From IMG/VR virus record IMGVR_UViG_3300028833_000088: a DNA stretch of 64,000 nucleotides, one strand, 5' to 3'. Shown piece by piece: positions 32,710 to 43,759 of this stretch (positions are counted from its first letter, which is position 1; the number at the start of each line of letters is the position of its first letter). The position numbers and the translations under genes were made by a program. The notes beneath the pieces are model-generated. The model was not told the origin of the DNA. It was given only the letters and a program-made list of their open reading frames with translations, and did no database searches. The DNA comes from an uncultured virus (IMG/VR IMGVR_UViG_3300028833_000088) (Duplodnaviria > Heunggongvirae > Uroviricota > Caudoviricetes).

Positions 32710-34074
32710 ATGAAAATATTAGATGAAAATTTAGACACATTAGACGTATTTTGTACAGCATCACAGATATTAAATAATAGTTGTCAACATACATTAGGAC
32801 CTAATGGAACTAATACAGCTGTAGTAAATAAAGATGGAAGATATGATATTATAAATGATGGAAAATCGATAATAGAATCTATTACTAGTTTAGATCCAGC
32901 AATTTCACCAGCATTAGAAACATTAAAGCAAGCAGCTTTTGAAACTAATAGAAAAGCTGGAGACGGTACTACCTCTACTACAATAATGATGAATTCCTTA
33001 CTACATGGAGCTAGAGATTATTTAAATAAAACTAATTCAAATAAAGTAGAATTAAGAAATAAACTAGATTTAATTAAAGAAGCATTATTAGAAGAATTAG
33101 ATACTTATAAAAAAGAAATAACAGAAGACGATTATTATAATATAGCAAAAGTAGCTTTAGGTAGTGATAAATATGCAGATATGATTGTAGACATATATAA
33201 ATTTTTAGGAAAAGGAAAAAGACCTGTATTAATTAAAACAGACATTCCTAATATAGAAGTAGAAAAGATAGATGGTATAAATATAAATAAAATAGAATTA
33301 GTAAGTAGTTTATTTACTAATACTTCAGAATATTCTAATGTAGATATTATATGTATATTTGAACCACTAAATAGATTTAACGAAGTATCTCAATTGTTAA
33401 GAAAAATTATTCAAAATGGAAGACCTACTATAATGTTTTATAATAAACTATCTACAGATATTTTAGAAAATATATTGTTTAATTATACCAATGGAGCAAT
33501 TAAACTTATTCCTATAGGATTAGGATTATATGGAAGTAATACTTATAATATAATGAAAGAATTAGCAGATTACTGTGATTGTAATATTATTGATAATAAT
33601 GAGTGTAAGATATCAGAAATTAGTAAAATAAAATTTGGTAATGTTGATTATGTATCATTAAATACAGATCAAGTAATTATTAAAAATAATAAAAAAGAAT
33701 CTACTAATTATAAACATTTAAATTCTAGTAGTGTTATAATTCATTTAGGTGGAACTAATATTGTAGAAAGAGAAGAATCTTATAAAAGAATAGAAGATGC
33801 TATAAACTCACTAGGAAATGCTATAGATTTTGGTATAGTTCATGGTGCTGGTTGGTCATATTTTGAGTTATATAATATAATTAAAGATAAAATAAATAAT
33901 ATACCAGATTTTGTAGAAAAAACAATGACTACAATAAAGGATAGTATAAATATAAATAAAGATGATAATATAATCGATAGTGCTATGGTTATTAAAGAAG
34001 TAATAGAGAATTCATTTTCTATAGTATCTCAAGTAATAACAACAAATGCTATAATCCATGAAAATATCAGATAG
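32710..34074 (+). CDS. GroEL/TCP-1-like chaperonin
   Basis: TLGPNG, INDGKSI, AGDGTTST, RIEDAINS, GIVHGAG, IIDSAMV motifs; shorter than host GroEL. Confidence 0.9.
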   Translation: MKILDENLDTLDVFCTASQILNNSCQHTLGPNGTNTAVVNKDGRYDIINDGKSIIESITSLDPAISPALETLKQAAFETNRKAGDGTTSTTIMMNSLLHGARDYLNKTNSNKVELRNKLDLIKEALLEELDTYKKEITEDDYYNIAKVALGSDKYADMIVDIYKFLGKGKRPVLIKTDIPNIEVEKIDGININKIELVSSLFTNTSEYSNVDIICIFEPLNRFNEVSQLLRKIIQNGRPTIMFYNKLSTDILENILFNYTNGAIKLIPIGLGLYGSNTYNIMKELADYCDCNIIDNNECKISEISKIKFGNVDYVSLNTDQVIIKNNKKESTNYKHLNSSSVIIHLGGTNIVEREESYKRIEDAINSLGNAIDFGIVHGAGWSYFELYNIIKDKINNIPDFVEKTMTTIKDSININKDDNIIDSAMVIKEVIENSFSIVSQVITTNAIIHENIR

Positions 34075-34187
34075 AAATATTACATTTTCGTAAATTTTAA
34101 AAAACTTATTTACTTTTCTAGAAATTAAAGATATAATGCAATTAACAATTAATGTTAAATAAATAATTTTTAGGAGGAAATAAGACT

Positions 34188-34880
34188 ATGAAGAATGAAT
34201 TTTTAAAGAAAACACCGTTAGAACTTACAGAGGAGGAATTAGTAGAATTAGTAAACCAAATAATGTTTACAGAATACAGTAAAAGACAAGACATAAGACA
34301 ACTACAAAGTTATGAAGATGGAGCACAAGATTTTCTATGTTATATGTATGAAAAATCAGCAAAAGGTAAAGTAGGAATAAATGAAATAAAACAAAAATCT
34401 ATGGCACACTTCAAAAATATAGTTTATTTAGAAGCAAGAAATGGAATAAACTATATAACACGAAAAAATAAAACAAGACAATATTTATACAATACAATAT
34501 CACTCGATGAAAAATTTGATGAAGATAGTAAATCAGTGGAAGAAACATATGTAGATAAAACTGAAATTTATAAGTTTGATAATGATATTTCAATGAGTAG
34601 TATTTTAAATAGTATTGATGATACAGAAGATGAAAACATAATTATAAAATACGGTGTTGGAAATAAGAATTTCATTCTTAATTTTAGTTTTAGAAATTTA
34701 ACAAAATTATATTTAATGTTATTTAATGGTAAAAAAGTATCAACTAAAGAATTTAATAACTTATTATATAATAAGAAAACAAATACATGTTTATCAGAAA
34801 AAGAAATTACAGGTATAATTAGAAAATTCAAAAATTATATAAAATCAAATAATATTTTAGGAGGAATAGTATGCAGTTAA
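34188..34880 (+). CDS. sigma-factor-like protein
   Basis: YEDGAQD...FKNIVYLEARNGINYITRK...TISLDE resembles sigma70 regions 2-3. Confidence 0.5.
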   Translation: MKNEFLKKTPLELTEEELVELVNQIMFTEYSKRQDIRQLQSYEDGAQDFLCYMYEKSAKGKVGINEIKQKSMAHFKNIVYLEARNGINYITRKNKTRQYLYNTISLDEKFDEDSKSVEETYVDKTEIYKFDNDISMSSILNSIDDTEDENIIIKYGVGNKNFILNFSFRNLTKLYLMLFNGKKVSTKEFNNLLYNKKTNTCLSEKEITGIIRKFKNYIKSNNILGGIVCS

Positions 34881-35164
34881 GAAAAAATTTTATATTAGTA
34901 AACGAACTTAAAGATGATATTATAATTGACGGTATACTTACTAAATATGATGACAATAATAATTTTATGTTTGTAGAAGTGATACAGGCATCTAACAATG
35001 CATACAGTGAAATAAGTCAGTATGCGGATCCTAATGATATAGTATTAGTAATATCAAGAATAGCAAAAACACCATTCTTAACTAATTATGTAATAACTTT
35101 AGATGATGTTTTAATGCTACTAACTAAAGAGGAATATAATAAATTAATTAAAGGAGATATGTAA
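34871..35164 (+). CDS. possible GroES-like co-chaperonin
   Basis: 97 aa; MQLRKNFILV...DGIL...VEVIQ and C-terminal VITLDDVLMLL resemble the GroES layout; near the chaperonin gene. Confidence 0.45.
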   Translation: MQLRKNFILVNELKDDIIIDGILTKYDDNNNFMFVEVIQASNNAYSEISQYADPNDIVLVISRIAKTPFLTNYVITLDDVLMLLTKEEYNKLIKGDM

Positions 35165-35166
35165 AT

Positions 35167-35547
35167 ATGGGTAAAAATAAAGAATTAGAAATGTCACCAG
35201 AAGATTTATCTTTATTAATAGAACAAAATACATTTTTACAACATGCTTTAAGAATAATGAATAAATTACCTTTAGATCCAGATAAAGCAGAAGAGGTAAA
35301 TGGCGGACCTATAAATTATTTAGATTTATGGGATAAAGTATCATTAAATAAAAAGACAGAAGTTGGTGCAAAACCTACATCTGACGCGATAGCTTTTTAC
35401 TTTCAATTACTATCTACTGGTTATGATAATTTTGGAACACAATTTTTTATTAACATGATAGAATCAGAAAATACAAGTTATTTTCTATATGCAGTTAAAT
35501 GTTTTCTAGATTATATGACTGGTGAAGTAAAAAATGATGAAAATTAA
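35167..35547 (+). CDS. hypothetical protein
   Basis: 126 aa ORF with RBS. Confidence 0.55.
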   Translation: MGKNKELEMSPEDLSLLIEQNTFLQHALRIMNKLPLDPDKAEEVNGGPINYLDLWDKVSLNKKTEVGAKPTSDAIAFYFQLLSTGYDNFGTQFFINMIESENTSYFLYAVKCFLDYMTGEVKNDEN

Positions 35548-35602
35548 TAACCAGGATTAAATCAGGTAAATTTTTATTTATAGGTTAATATAATTTATTA
35601 AC
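35547..35602 (+). repeat. dispersed bipartite ~50-bp element, copy 3
   Basis: ATAACCAGGATTAAATCAGG...TTAATATAATTTATTAAC. Confidence 0.75.
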
Positions 35603-35712
35603 CTATTTTTATTATTTTTTAAGTTAATTGCATATTATATAATAAGAAAAGCAAATAGTCGTAAGACAAATAAGCGTATCTTAATATTTTAATTTAAAGG
35701 AGGAAATCTAAT

Positions 35713-36750
35713 ATGGTAGATCCAGAATTAGAAGAACAAATGAAAATGTTAGAAGGTTTTGATTTAGATATGACACCTTCTAATACAATTGCACCAAATA
35801 ACGTAGCACAACCAGTGCAACCACAACCAGTAGTAAGTCAACCAGTACAATCACAATCAGTACAACAAGTAGTACAAAATAATGCTAATATGCAAGCTGC
35901 AGCACAGGTAGTACAACCTACAACTACTCAACCAATTGTAAATCAACCAATACAACCACAACAAATACCACAACCACAGCAAGTAGTAAATCAACCTGTA
36001 CAAGCACAACCACAACCTAATGTAATGGATAGTGCTCCAGTATTTGTAGATTTAAATGCTGCAACATATCAAACAAAAACTAACTTTTTAACTGTAAAAG
36101 ATGGAGAAAAGACTAGAGTAACATTAGCAAATCTAAATTTTGTAAGAAGTCATATTCATTGGATAGATGGACTAGGAAGAATTAGATGTTTATCTACATA
36201 TGATGACCAAAATAGATGGCCAACATTTAGAGCAGCTTGTTGTCAAAAAATAAATGATAAAACAGGAAAACCTGAAAATGCTAAAAATAGACTTTTAGTT
36301 CCAGTAATAGAGTATCCCGTTTCAAAGCAAGATGGAAAAACAATAATTCAAGGAGCAGAACCAACTCTTAAAATGTGGGATATGAATTATGTAGAAGAAA
36401 AATCATTGTTAGAAATATTAGACAATTATAAATCAGGAGATAATTGGAATATTGATTTAGGAAGCTTCGATTTAGCTTTAAGTAAATCAAAACAAGGAGA
36501 TTATTCTACTATAGTATTAGTACCTATGGCACCTTCTTGGAGACCACAATTTAATGGTAAAATAGAACAAATTATAAATTCTATTACACCAGAATTTTAC
36601 AATGATGCTTATAAAGAATCAGCTAAAGTAGTATCAGAAGAAGCTATACTAAAAACTTTAAATCAAAGTAAAATAGTAGATAATGGAGTTCAGCAACTTC
36701 AAAATCAAACAAATAATATTCCTAATATTAATGATATTTTGAATATTTAG
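35713..36750 (+). CDS. probable single-stranded DNA-binding protein with Q/P-rich N-terminus
   Basis: FLTVKDGEKTRV, HIHW...RCL...CC zinc-like motif, OB-fold-like spacing; strong RBS and own terminator. Confidence 0.5.
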   Translation: MVDPELEEQMKMLEGFDLDMTPSNTIAPNNVAQPVQPQPVVSQPVQSQSVQQVVQNNANMQAAAQVVQPTTTQPIVNQPIQPQQIPQPQQVVNQPVQAQPQPNVMDSAPVFVDLNAATYQTKTNFLTVKDGEKTRVTLANLNFVRSHIHWIDGLGRIRCLSTYDDQNRWPTFRAACCQKINDKTGKPENAKNRLLVPVIEYPVSKQDGKTIIQGAEPTLKMWDMNYVEEKSLLEILDNYKSGDNWNIDLGSFDLALSKSKQGDYSTIVLVPMAPSWRPQFNGKIEQIINSITPEFYNDAYKESAKVVSEEAILKTLNQSKIVDNGVQQLQNQTNNIPNINDILNI

Positions 36751-36762
36751 TAAGTTAATAAT

Positions 36763-36800
36763 GTGCAGCTAAGTATTACTTTATTTAGCTGCACTATTTT
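36763..36800 (+). terminator. rho-independent terminator
   Basis: GTGCAGCTAA...TTAGCTGCAC followed by TATTTT. Confidence 0.7.
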
Positions 36801-36820
36801 AATTGAGGAGGAATTAAAAT

Positions 36821-37237
36821 ATGAATTATATTTTATTTATTAGTTTATTTGTAGTACTAATTGAAGCTATAGTAATAATTTTATTGACAAGAAAGATACA
36901 TAACAAAGATATAAAAGATATAGAAAGTACATATCGTAATGAGTTATATAATAAATTATCTGAAGAATATTGTAGTAAAGCATTAGAAGCATTGGATAGA
37001 ACAAGAAAATATTATAAAATAACTAAAAATGATAAAACAATTTTAATTAATTTATTATTCTATTATATTACATTAAATAATATTGATTATATAGAATATA
37101 ATCCTTTAACAACTATTAAATTTAAAGATATGTGTGATACTTTATATGATTGTATAAAGACAAACAATAAAGACAATTTACCACCTTCAATGGTAGTATC
37201 ATATTTACTAAATTTAATCTGTAAAAACAATAAATAA
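36821..37237 (+). CDS. hypothetical protein with N-terminal membrane anchor
   Basis: hydrophobic first 22 residues. Confidence 0.6.
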   Translation: MNYILFISLFVVLIEAIVIILLTRKIHNKDIKDIESTYRNELYNKLSEEYCSKALEALDRTRKYYKITKNDKTILINLLFYYITLNNIDYIEYNPLTTIKFKDMCDTLYDCIKTNNKDNLPPSMVVSYLLNLICKNNK

Positions 37238-37287
37238 TAAATTATATTAAATTTAATAGAAAGTATCTCAGGATTTATTCTAGTGAT
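37233..37287 (-). repeat. dispersed bipartite ~50-bp element, copy 4 (reverse orientation)
   Basis: reverse complement reads ATCACTAGAATAAATCCTGA...TTAATATAATTTATTA. Confidence 0.7.
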
Positions 37288-37381
37288 TCAGGGATACTTA
37301 TTTTTATATCTAGAAAACTAAAACTTAAAGTATTTTTATTTATATATTATAATATAAGATTATATTTTAAGTGAGGAATAA

Positions 37382-37849
37382 ATGAGTAGTAATAAGAAAA
37401 TACACGACGAGCTTGCAAGAATTTATGGTAATAAATGCATGTTTTTAGCAGCTCATTGTGGAGATTTAGGATATAAAAAATATCAAGCAAGATACACCTC
37501 AAAAGAATTACAAAGATTAATAAGAAATATTACAGTACATCATCTAAAACATAGATTTGAAGGAGGAAGAACTACTGTAGAAAATTGTAGCTTAATAAAT
37601 GAATTAGCTCATAGATATATACATACTTTGCCTAGACAAGAAGAAGAAAAAATAAATAATAAAATACGAGAATGGAAAAAATGCAAAGTTGAAATTTCAA
37701 GTGATTTAGAAATTCCTTTTACGATAAGTTGTGCTGAAATGAGTATAGATAAAAGAGGAAATATAAAACTAAAACGAATGAAACAGGAAGAGCATAGAAA
37801 AGAAAAAACAGAAATGCAAAGAATAAGAAAAGAATATGAAGATAGATAA
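37382..37849 (+). CDS. HNH endonuclease
   Basis: TVHHLKHRFEGGRTTVENCSLINELAHRYIH HNH motif. Confidence 0.8.
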   Translation: MSSNKKIHDELARIYGNKCMFLAAHCGDLGYKKYQARYTSKELQRLIRNITVHHLKHRFEGGRTTVENCSLINELAHRYIHTLPRQEEEKINNKIREWKKCKVEISSDLEIPFTISCAEMSIDKRGNIKLKRMKQEEHRKEKTEMQRIRKEYEDR

Positions 37850-37872
37850 TTAACTAAAGAAAGGATACAAAT

Positions 37873-39429
37873 ATGAATTGTATAAATTGTAAATGGGCTA
37901 TCCAATGGGATGAAAGTATGCAATGCAAAAGAGCTAATCCTAGTATAAGAAGTTGTGATTGGTTTAAAAAAATAAATAGATATGAGCTTGAAGGAAAAGA
38001 CAAACTTAAACAAGTAATGAAAGATATAGACATAATGAATGATAATAAACTTAAAAAGGAGGAACATAAATATATGTTAAGAGTTAGAGATAATGTAAAT
38101 TTAGAAGAGCTTGAAAGATTTGGCTTTAAGAAAGATTCAGAAGAACAATACATGATAAATGATTTAGACATCTTTGTAGGTACAGAAGAAGATGATAGAG
38201 AATTAGTTCTAGATTTTGGATTTAATAATGAAAATATAGATTTATTATTTGATTTATTCCAAGCAGGAATTGTAGAAAAGAAAGATAATAAAACTGATAA
38301 AACTGAAGAAACTATGGTATTAAATACAATGATTAGATTAATGGCAAATGAATTATCTACTCCAATAAATGGAGTTAATTGGGTAATAGATTATTACAAT
38401 AAGAAAGCAAAAGAAGAATTAAATATTAAATAAGAGGTGTTAAGTATGGATGAGGAAATTGTAAACAAACTGTTAAAATTATTAGGAGGTATAAATTTCT
38501 ATACAGATAGAAAAACAGATAAGAGTAGAAATCAAAAAAATGTTACTGAAGCATATAATATATTATTCGATATTAAAAGTAAGTTAAATAGTAAAAAGGA
38601 GAAATAACTATGAGTAGTTCTTATAAAAAATTAGAGAAGAGGGCTCAAGAATATAAAATAAAAGAATTTTATAAAAATATGTCTCCGAAAGATTATCAAT
38701 ATGGAATTGAATCAGCAATTAAGAAAACTGAAGAAAATTTAGCTAGACAATATAATGATAAATATCAAAAGTTAACAGAAAGTTTTAAATTAGAATTAAG
38801 AGACGGTATAAAGATGGCAATAGATACAATATCTGTTGAATTACTTTATGAATTAGCAAATCAAATGGATGTATTTACAGAAGAGGATGAGTATTTATTA
38901 AATCAAAAAATCGATAAAGTACAAGAAATATACATAAATACAATGGAAACAATCAAAAAATATAATAATTATAAAAACAATAATCAAGCACATAGAGAAT
39001 TCGAAAGAAAGAAAAAGAAAGTTGAGAAGTTATTTAGTATAGAATTTTAGGAGTAAGTTTTGTAGTATGAAAGTTAAATTAAATGAATTTGTAAAACTTA
39101 AAGATGGTAGCATTGCTAAGATAATAAAAATAGATGAAAAAGATCCCGTATATCACAATCAACAAACATACATAATTGATGAATGTGTAAAAATGTCTGG
39201 TCTTTGTAGTAGTTTAATATATAATGAAGATATTATAAATCACAATTTTAATGTTATTGAATTGGTTAAATTAGGAGATATCGTAAATGGTATTCCTATA
39301 TATGCTATACAAGAATCTAATGGTGTAAAGTGTATAAAAACTATACTAGATGAGACATTATACAATGATGATATTAAAACTATATTAACAAAAGAACAAA
39401 TTGAACGTAGGACATACTACGTGAATTAG
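37873..39429 (+). other. hypothetical proteins (37873-38433, ~38447-38608, 38610-39050, 39067-39429)
   Basis: consecutive ORFs with RBS; no clear motif. Confidence 0.55.
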
Positions 39430-39434
39430 GAGGT

Positions 39435-40058
39435 ATGATGGAGTTTGATAAATTTATAGGAATAGATCCTAGCTTTAAAGGTTTAGGATTTAGTTGTATT
39501 GATACTAAAAATAAAATTATAACACTTGATGAATTATCAGTAGATGTTGGTTATGGTTCATTTAAAGAAATAGCAGAAGCAAGTACTAATATGGTAAGAT
39601 TGTTTAACCATACATTATATAAATATACTAATGAAAAAGCGCTAATAGGAATGGAGATACCACCTGTTTCAGGAATGTATGCAGTAAAACTTTGGGCTTT
39701 AGATACTCATTTGTATAATAATATTAGAGATAAAGATGTCTGGTTATTCAACGTACCATATCTTAAATTTATTAATAAAAAATATGAGAGTAAAAAAGAT
39801 ACTAAAGAAATGATAAATCAAATAATAGATGTATTTAAAGAAAATGGTTATGAGATAAATCAAAAATTAAAAGATAAAAAAGGTAAAGATAAAAAATTTA
39901 CTTCTAATGAATGTGATAGTTTTGTTTATTGTATTAGAATGTTTGTTAAATATCATTATGATAATGGAATAGAAAATCCAATGCTTGCTGAAATAATTAA
40001 TATAAATGAAAGGTTTATTGAAGAAAAAGAAACAAAATTAGGAAAAAAGATAAAATAA
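39435..40058 (+). CDS. RuvC-like Holliday junction resolvase
   Basis: FIGIDPSFKGLGFS, IGME, NECDS RNase H-fold acidic residues. Confidence 0.7.
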   Translation: MMEFDKFIGIDPSFKGLGFSCIDTKNKIITLDELSVDVGYGSFKEIAEASTNMVRLFNHTLYKYTNEKALIGMEIPPVSGMYAVKLWALDTHLYNNIRDKDVWLFNVPYLKFINKKYESKKDTKEMINQIIDVFKENGYEINQKLKDKKGKDKKFTSNECDSFVYCIRMFVKYHYDNGIENPMLAEIININERFIEEKETKLGKKIK

Positions 40059-40079
40059 ATATACTATTTGAATAAACTG

Positions 40080-40104
40080 AAAGAGTCTTAAATGACTCTT
40101 TTTA
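40080..40104 (+). terminator. rho-independent terminator
   Basis: AAAGAGTC-TTAAAT-GACTCTTT followed by T-tract. Confidence 0.7.
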
Positions 40105-40143
40105 TTATATCTCTAATATTGTATGTCTTCAAATCTGTGAAAA

Positions 40144-40227
40144 ATCAAAAAGTAACCTCGCGGGATCAAAAAGTAACCTCGCAGGATCAAAAAGTAACCT
40201 TAGTTAATCAAAAAGTAACCACGCGAA
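40144..40227 (+). repeat. four 21-bp direct repeats (iterons), probable replication origin
   Basis: ATCAAAAAGTAACC core at 40144, 40165, 40186, 40207; followed by AT-rich tract and an initiator-like gene. Confidence 0.8.
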
Positions 40228-40434
40228 GTGTGTTTTTGTGACATAAATCTATTTGTACACTTATAAACCGTGACTTCACAGAAACTGCTATTAATATATT
40301 TATTAATATAATTTATTAGTATTATATATTAAAGCGGAATTAGAGAAATAAATTCTCTCATTCCGGACATCCTTCTTTATTAAAATAAGCATATTATAAT
40401 AAAATAGCAACTTTACTAGAAATGGAGTATTATT

Positions 40435-41208
40435 ATGAATAAAAAGATGAAAGAAAATTATTTATATGTTCCTATGACTTTAATTAAACGAAATAAAGAA
40501 TTAAAACTAAAATTATCTGATATATTAATTATTTCTTATTTATTAACTTATTACAATAATGTAGAAATAGATTATAATCAGATATTTAATTTGTTGTTAA
40601 GCAATGTAGGATTATCTAAGAATACAATAAAAGCTGGTTTAGATTCTTTGATAGATAAAAATCTTATAGAAAAGTATGATGATAATTCTATTTATATAAA
40701 AAGGTATACTTATGATTCTCAAAAATTAAAAATAGAATCTAAAATATTAAAAAGTAAAGGTTTTTCTATTTTTGAGAAGTTTTATATTTCTTATATTAAA
40801 TCATTTAATAGTAATAAGAAATATTTCCTATGCAAAAATGATACAATATCAGATTTATTTAGTGTATCAATATCAGCAGTAAAGAAAGCTAATAGTAAAT
40901 TTATGAGTTTAGGATTGATAGATAAAAAGATAGTTAAATCAAGAGGATTCGTTAAAACTAGAAGTATATCTATAAATAATAAAGCTATAAATAATTATGT
41001 AACAATAAATAATGATAATAGAACATATAATATAGACAATAGAAAAGTAATTAACAATATAAATTGTAATAATACTGTTAATATAAATTCTATATCTAAT
41101 GAATCTTTATCTAAGTTGTCATTAGATACTTTAAAAGAGTTATTTTTTGCATATAAAAATGACTTAGATAGAATTAAACTTTATTATAACTCTAAACAAC
41201 AGGCATAA
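40435..41208 (+). CDS. probable replication initiator (tandem winged-helix domains)
   Basis: LKLSDILIISYL...VGLSKNTIKAGLDSLIDKNLIEK and SIFEKFYISYI...KNDTISDLFSVSISAVKKANSKFMSLGLI; adjacent to iterons. Confidence 0.65.
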   Translation: MNKKMKENYLYVPMTLIKRNKELKLKLSDILIISYLLTYYNNVEIDYNQIFNLLLSNVGLSKNTIKAGLDSLIDKNLIEKYDDNSIYIKRYTYDSQKLKIESKILKSKGFSIFEKFYISYIKSFNSNKKYFLCKNDTISDLFSVSISAVKKANSKFMSLGLIDKKIVKSRGFVKTRSISINNKAINNYVTINNDNRTYNIDNRKVINNINCNNTVNINSISNESLSKLSLDTLKELFFAYKNDLDRIKLYYNSKQQA

Positions 41209-41251
41209 TATTATATAAGTAAACAATAAAAATGAGGAGGAAACTATATTT

Positions 41252-42607
41252 ATGAGTAACAAAACAGAAACTATAGAAGAAGCATTATCTGGATTTAATG
41301 TATATGACTCAGAATCTAAAGTAATAGTATTTAAAAATCCAGTATTAAATGCTTTATTTAGAGGTAATGATGAAACTGGAGGATTAGCAAAAAGATCTGT
41401 TGTTCAAATAGCTGCTCAATCAGGAACTGGTAAATCAACTTTAGCTTTAGTTGTATGCAAAGAATTGTGTGAGCAAGGAATGAAAATACTATATATAGAT
41501 GCAGAAAAAGGTTTGAATAATAATATGCTTAAAAGTACAGGTTTATTTGATTATTTAGTAACAAAAGATAATCCTAACGGTAAATTTATAATAGCTAGAG
41601 AATGTGACTGTAATGAAGTAAATTTATTAATAAGAAAAGTATGTGAAACTAATCAAATAGATTTTGTAATTTTAGATAGTTTAGGTAGTTTAGACTCAAA
41701 TATTTATGATATAGGTGGAGTAGATGCAAACAATCCAAAAGTAGGGGCTGATACTAAATCTATAAAAATAATAATGAAAACAATAAACAGAATGGTAATA
41801 GAACATGATGTTGGTTTTATTTGCATAAATCACGTAGCACAAAGTATAGGAACATATATACCTTCAGAAAATCCTGTAGGTGGTAGATCTACTATATATT
41901 TATCAGATGTAGTTATAAAACTTTCAAAGAAATCAAGTGATTTTGAAAAATTAAATTTAGGTCAAAAGGTAGAATTTGAAATTACTAAATCAAGATATGG
42001 ACCAGGAAAAAGTAAAATTCCATTTTATATTAGATATGGTAAAGGTATTGCAATGATACCAACATATAGAGAAGTATTAGATAAAATAGAAGTAGATTAT
42101 CAAGGAAGAAAAACAAAAATATTAGATACAAGAGGTGGAGGTAATGGATCTTTATTTATAAAAGATCAAGAGTTAAAATTTAGAGGAGAAGGTCAATTAT
42201 TTCAACTAATAGCAGATAATTATTCTTATATTAAAAGTTTAATTTCTTGGAAAATGTTTGCTCCAACTATAGAAAATGCGCCTGAATATTTCTTAAAAGA
42301 TCCAGATGACGAGAATTTTGAAGAGCATAGTTCAGTAGAATTACCAAAAAGTTTGAGTAAATTAAAAATAAAAGAAGTAGATGGAAAGAATTTGTTTATA
42401 GATAGAGGTATAGATTCTACAGGTCAAGTATACTCTATAGCATATAATATAAATAAAGAAAAATTAATTATAGAATATAATTCTGGTATAGAAGAAATAG
42501 GAAATCCAACAATGAATGACTATAAAGAATCTAAGAAAGATTTAGATAAATATTTGAAAGGTTTAGAAGAGGATGAAAGTACAAATCAAGAATTATCAAA
42601 TAATTAA
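41252..42607 (+). CDS. recA: RecA/UvsX-like recombinase
   Basis: AQSGTGKST, LYIDAEKG, VILDSLGSL, ICINH, PVGG, KSRYG. Confidence 0.85.
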   Translation: MSNKTETIEEALSGFNVYDSESKVIVFKNPVLNALFRGNDETGGLAKRSVVQIAAQSGTGKSTLALVVCKELCEQGMKILYIDAEKGLNNNMLKSTGLFDYLVTKDNPNGKFIIARECDCNEVNLLIRKVCETNQIDFVILDSLGSLDSNIYDIGGVDANNPKVGADTKSIKIIMKTINRMVIEHDVGFICINHVAQSIGTYIPSENPVGGRSTIYLSDVVIKLSKKSSDFEKLNLGQKVEFEITKSRYGPGKSKIPFYIRYGKGIAMIPTYREVLDKIEVDYQGRKTKILDTRGGGNGSLFIKDQELKFRGEGQLFQLIADNYSYIKSLISWKMFAPTIENAPEYFLKDPDDENFEEHSSVELPKSLSKLKIKEVDGKNLFIDRGIDSTGQVYSIAYNINKEKLIIEYNSGIEEIGNPTMNDYKESKKDLDKYLKGLEEDESTNQELSNN

Positions 42608-43757
42608 AGATGCAAACTTAGAATTTATTCCTGGACTAAATGTTATAATTGGACCATCTAATAACGGAAAGACTAGTATATTAAAAGCAATTAAAGCTTT
42701 ATTGTATACAGTACCAGGATCAACTCCTATAAGATATGGTACAAATTATTATGCTGTAGGAATAGATTATAATAATCATAAAGTTATCTTACAAAAAGGA
42801 GCAAAAGAATCTTTGTATTTAGTTGATGGAGAAAAGTATACTAAATTTGGTACTAATACTCCAGAGATTGTTTCAAATAGTTTAAATATAAAAGAATTAG
42901 TTTTGAATGGCAATAAAGAGCAATTAAACTTTTGGGATCAAATGAACTATCCTTTTTTAATAGATAAAACAAGCACTGAATTATTTAAATTTATTATAGA
43001 CTCATCTGATAGTGATCAAATTTCTCAAGCATTAAAAGATATGGTTTCAGATAGACAACAACTTGGAAGAGATATAGATAAATTACAAGGTAGTCTAGAT
43101 ATTTTAAATCAAGATATAGATAATTATGTTTCTACTTTAGAAAAAAATAAAGATATAATAAATACTTGTAATAATATAATCGCTTTACAACCTAAAATAA
43201 CAAGACTTAATAATTTAGAATTACTATTAAATAATTTAAATAGAATCGATAAAGATATAGAAAATAATGATGGTGATTATAGTAAGATTAAGCAAGATTT
43301 AGAAAATCAAAATAAAATATTCAGTAATTTAAAAGAATTAAGCGATAAACTGAACGACTTAAGTAATATTGATATAGAATTAAGTAATATTGATATAGAA
43401 ATAGATAATAACTATAAAAAATTACAAAATATATCATATATTATAAACTTAAATAAGATAGATTTATCTAGATTAAACTTATTATTAGATTATAAAAATA
43501 AATTGATTGATATAGATAATAAGATTAATGACATTAAATTACCTAAATTAATTAAATTTAAATTAAAAGATAAAGATTTAGAGAAGCTTAATTATTTAAA
43601 TGATATTTTATATAATATAGAAAATGATGATAAACAAATAGAAGAAAATGAGCATAAAATTAATATAAGCAAAAAGCTTTTAGCAATATATAATAGTATT
43701 TATGATTTATTCGAAGTTTGTCCATTATGTGGAAGTAAACTTCATAGAAAGGAGTAG
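42573..43757 (+). CDS. Rad50/SbcC-like ATPase, N-terminal half (Walker A, coiled coil, zinc hook)
   Basis: IKNYQII...GLNVIIGPSNNGKTSIL; ends with CPLCGS. Confidence 0.85.
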   Translation: MKVQIKNYQIIKDANLEFIPGLNVIIGPSNNGKTSILKAIKALLYTVPGSTPIRYGTNYYAVGIDYNNHKVILQKGAKESLYLVDGEKYTKFGTNTPEIVSNSLNIKELVLNGNKEQLNFWDQMNYPFLIDKTSTELFKFIIDSSDSDQISQALKDMVSDRQQLGRDIDKLQGSLDILNQDIDNYVSTLEKNKDIINTCNNIIALQPKITRLNNLELLLNNLNRIDKDIENNDGDYSKIKQDLENQNKIFSNLKELSDKLNDLSNIDIELSNIDIEIDNNYKKLQNISYIINLNKIDLSRLNLLLDYKNKLIDIDNKINDIKLPKLIKFKLKDKDLEKLNYLNDILYNIENDDKQIEENEHKINISKKLLAIYNSIYDLFEVCPLCGSKLHRKE

Positions 43758-43759
43758 TT

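Noticed and set aside
40144..40227. CRISPR array
   Set aside because: Period is only 21 bp with 7-nt variable parts; no unique spacers or cas genes; fits iterons
43356..43400. 21-bp tandem duplication (LSNIDIE x2) in the SbcC coiled coil
   Set aside because: In-frame heptad duplication, ordinary coiled-coil variation
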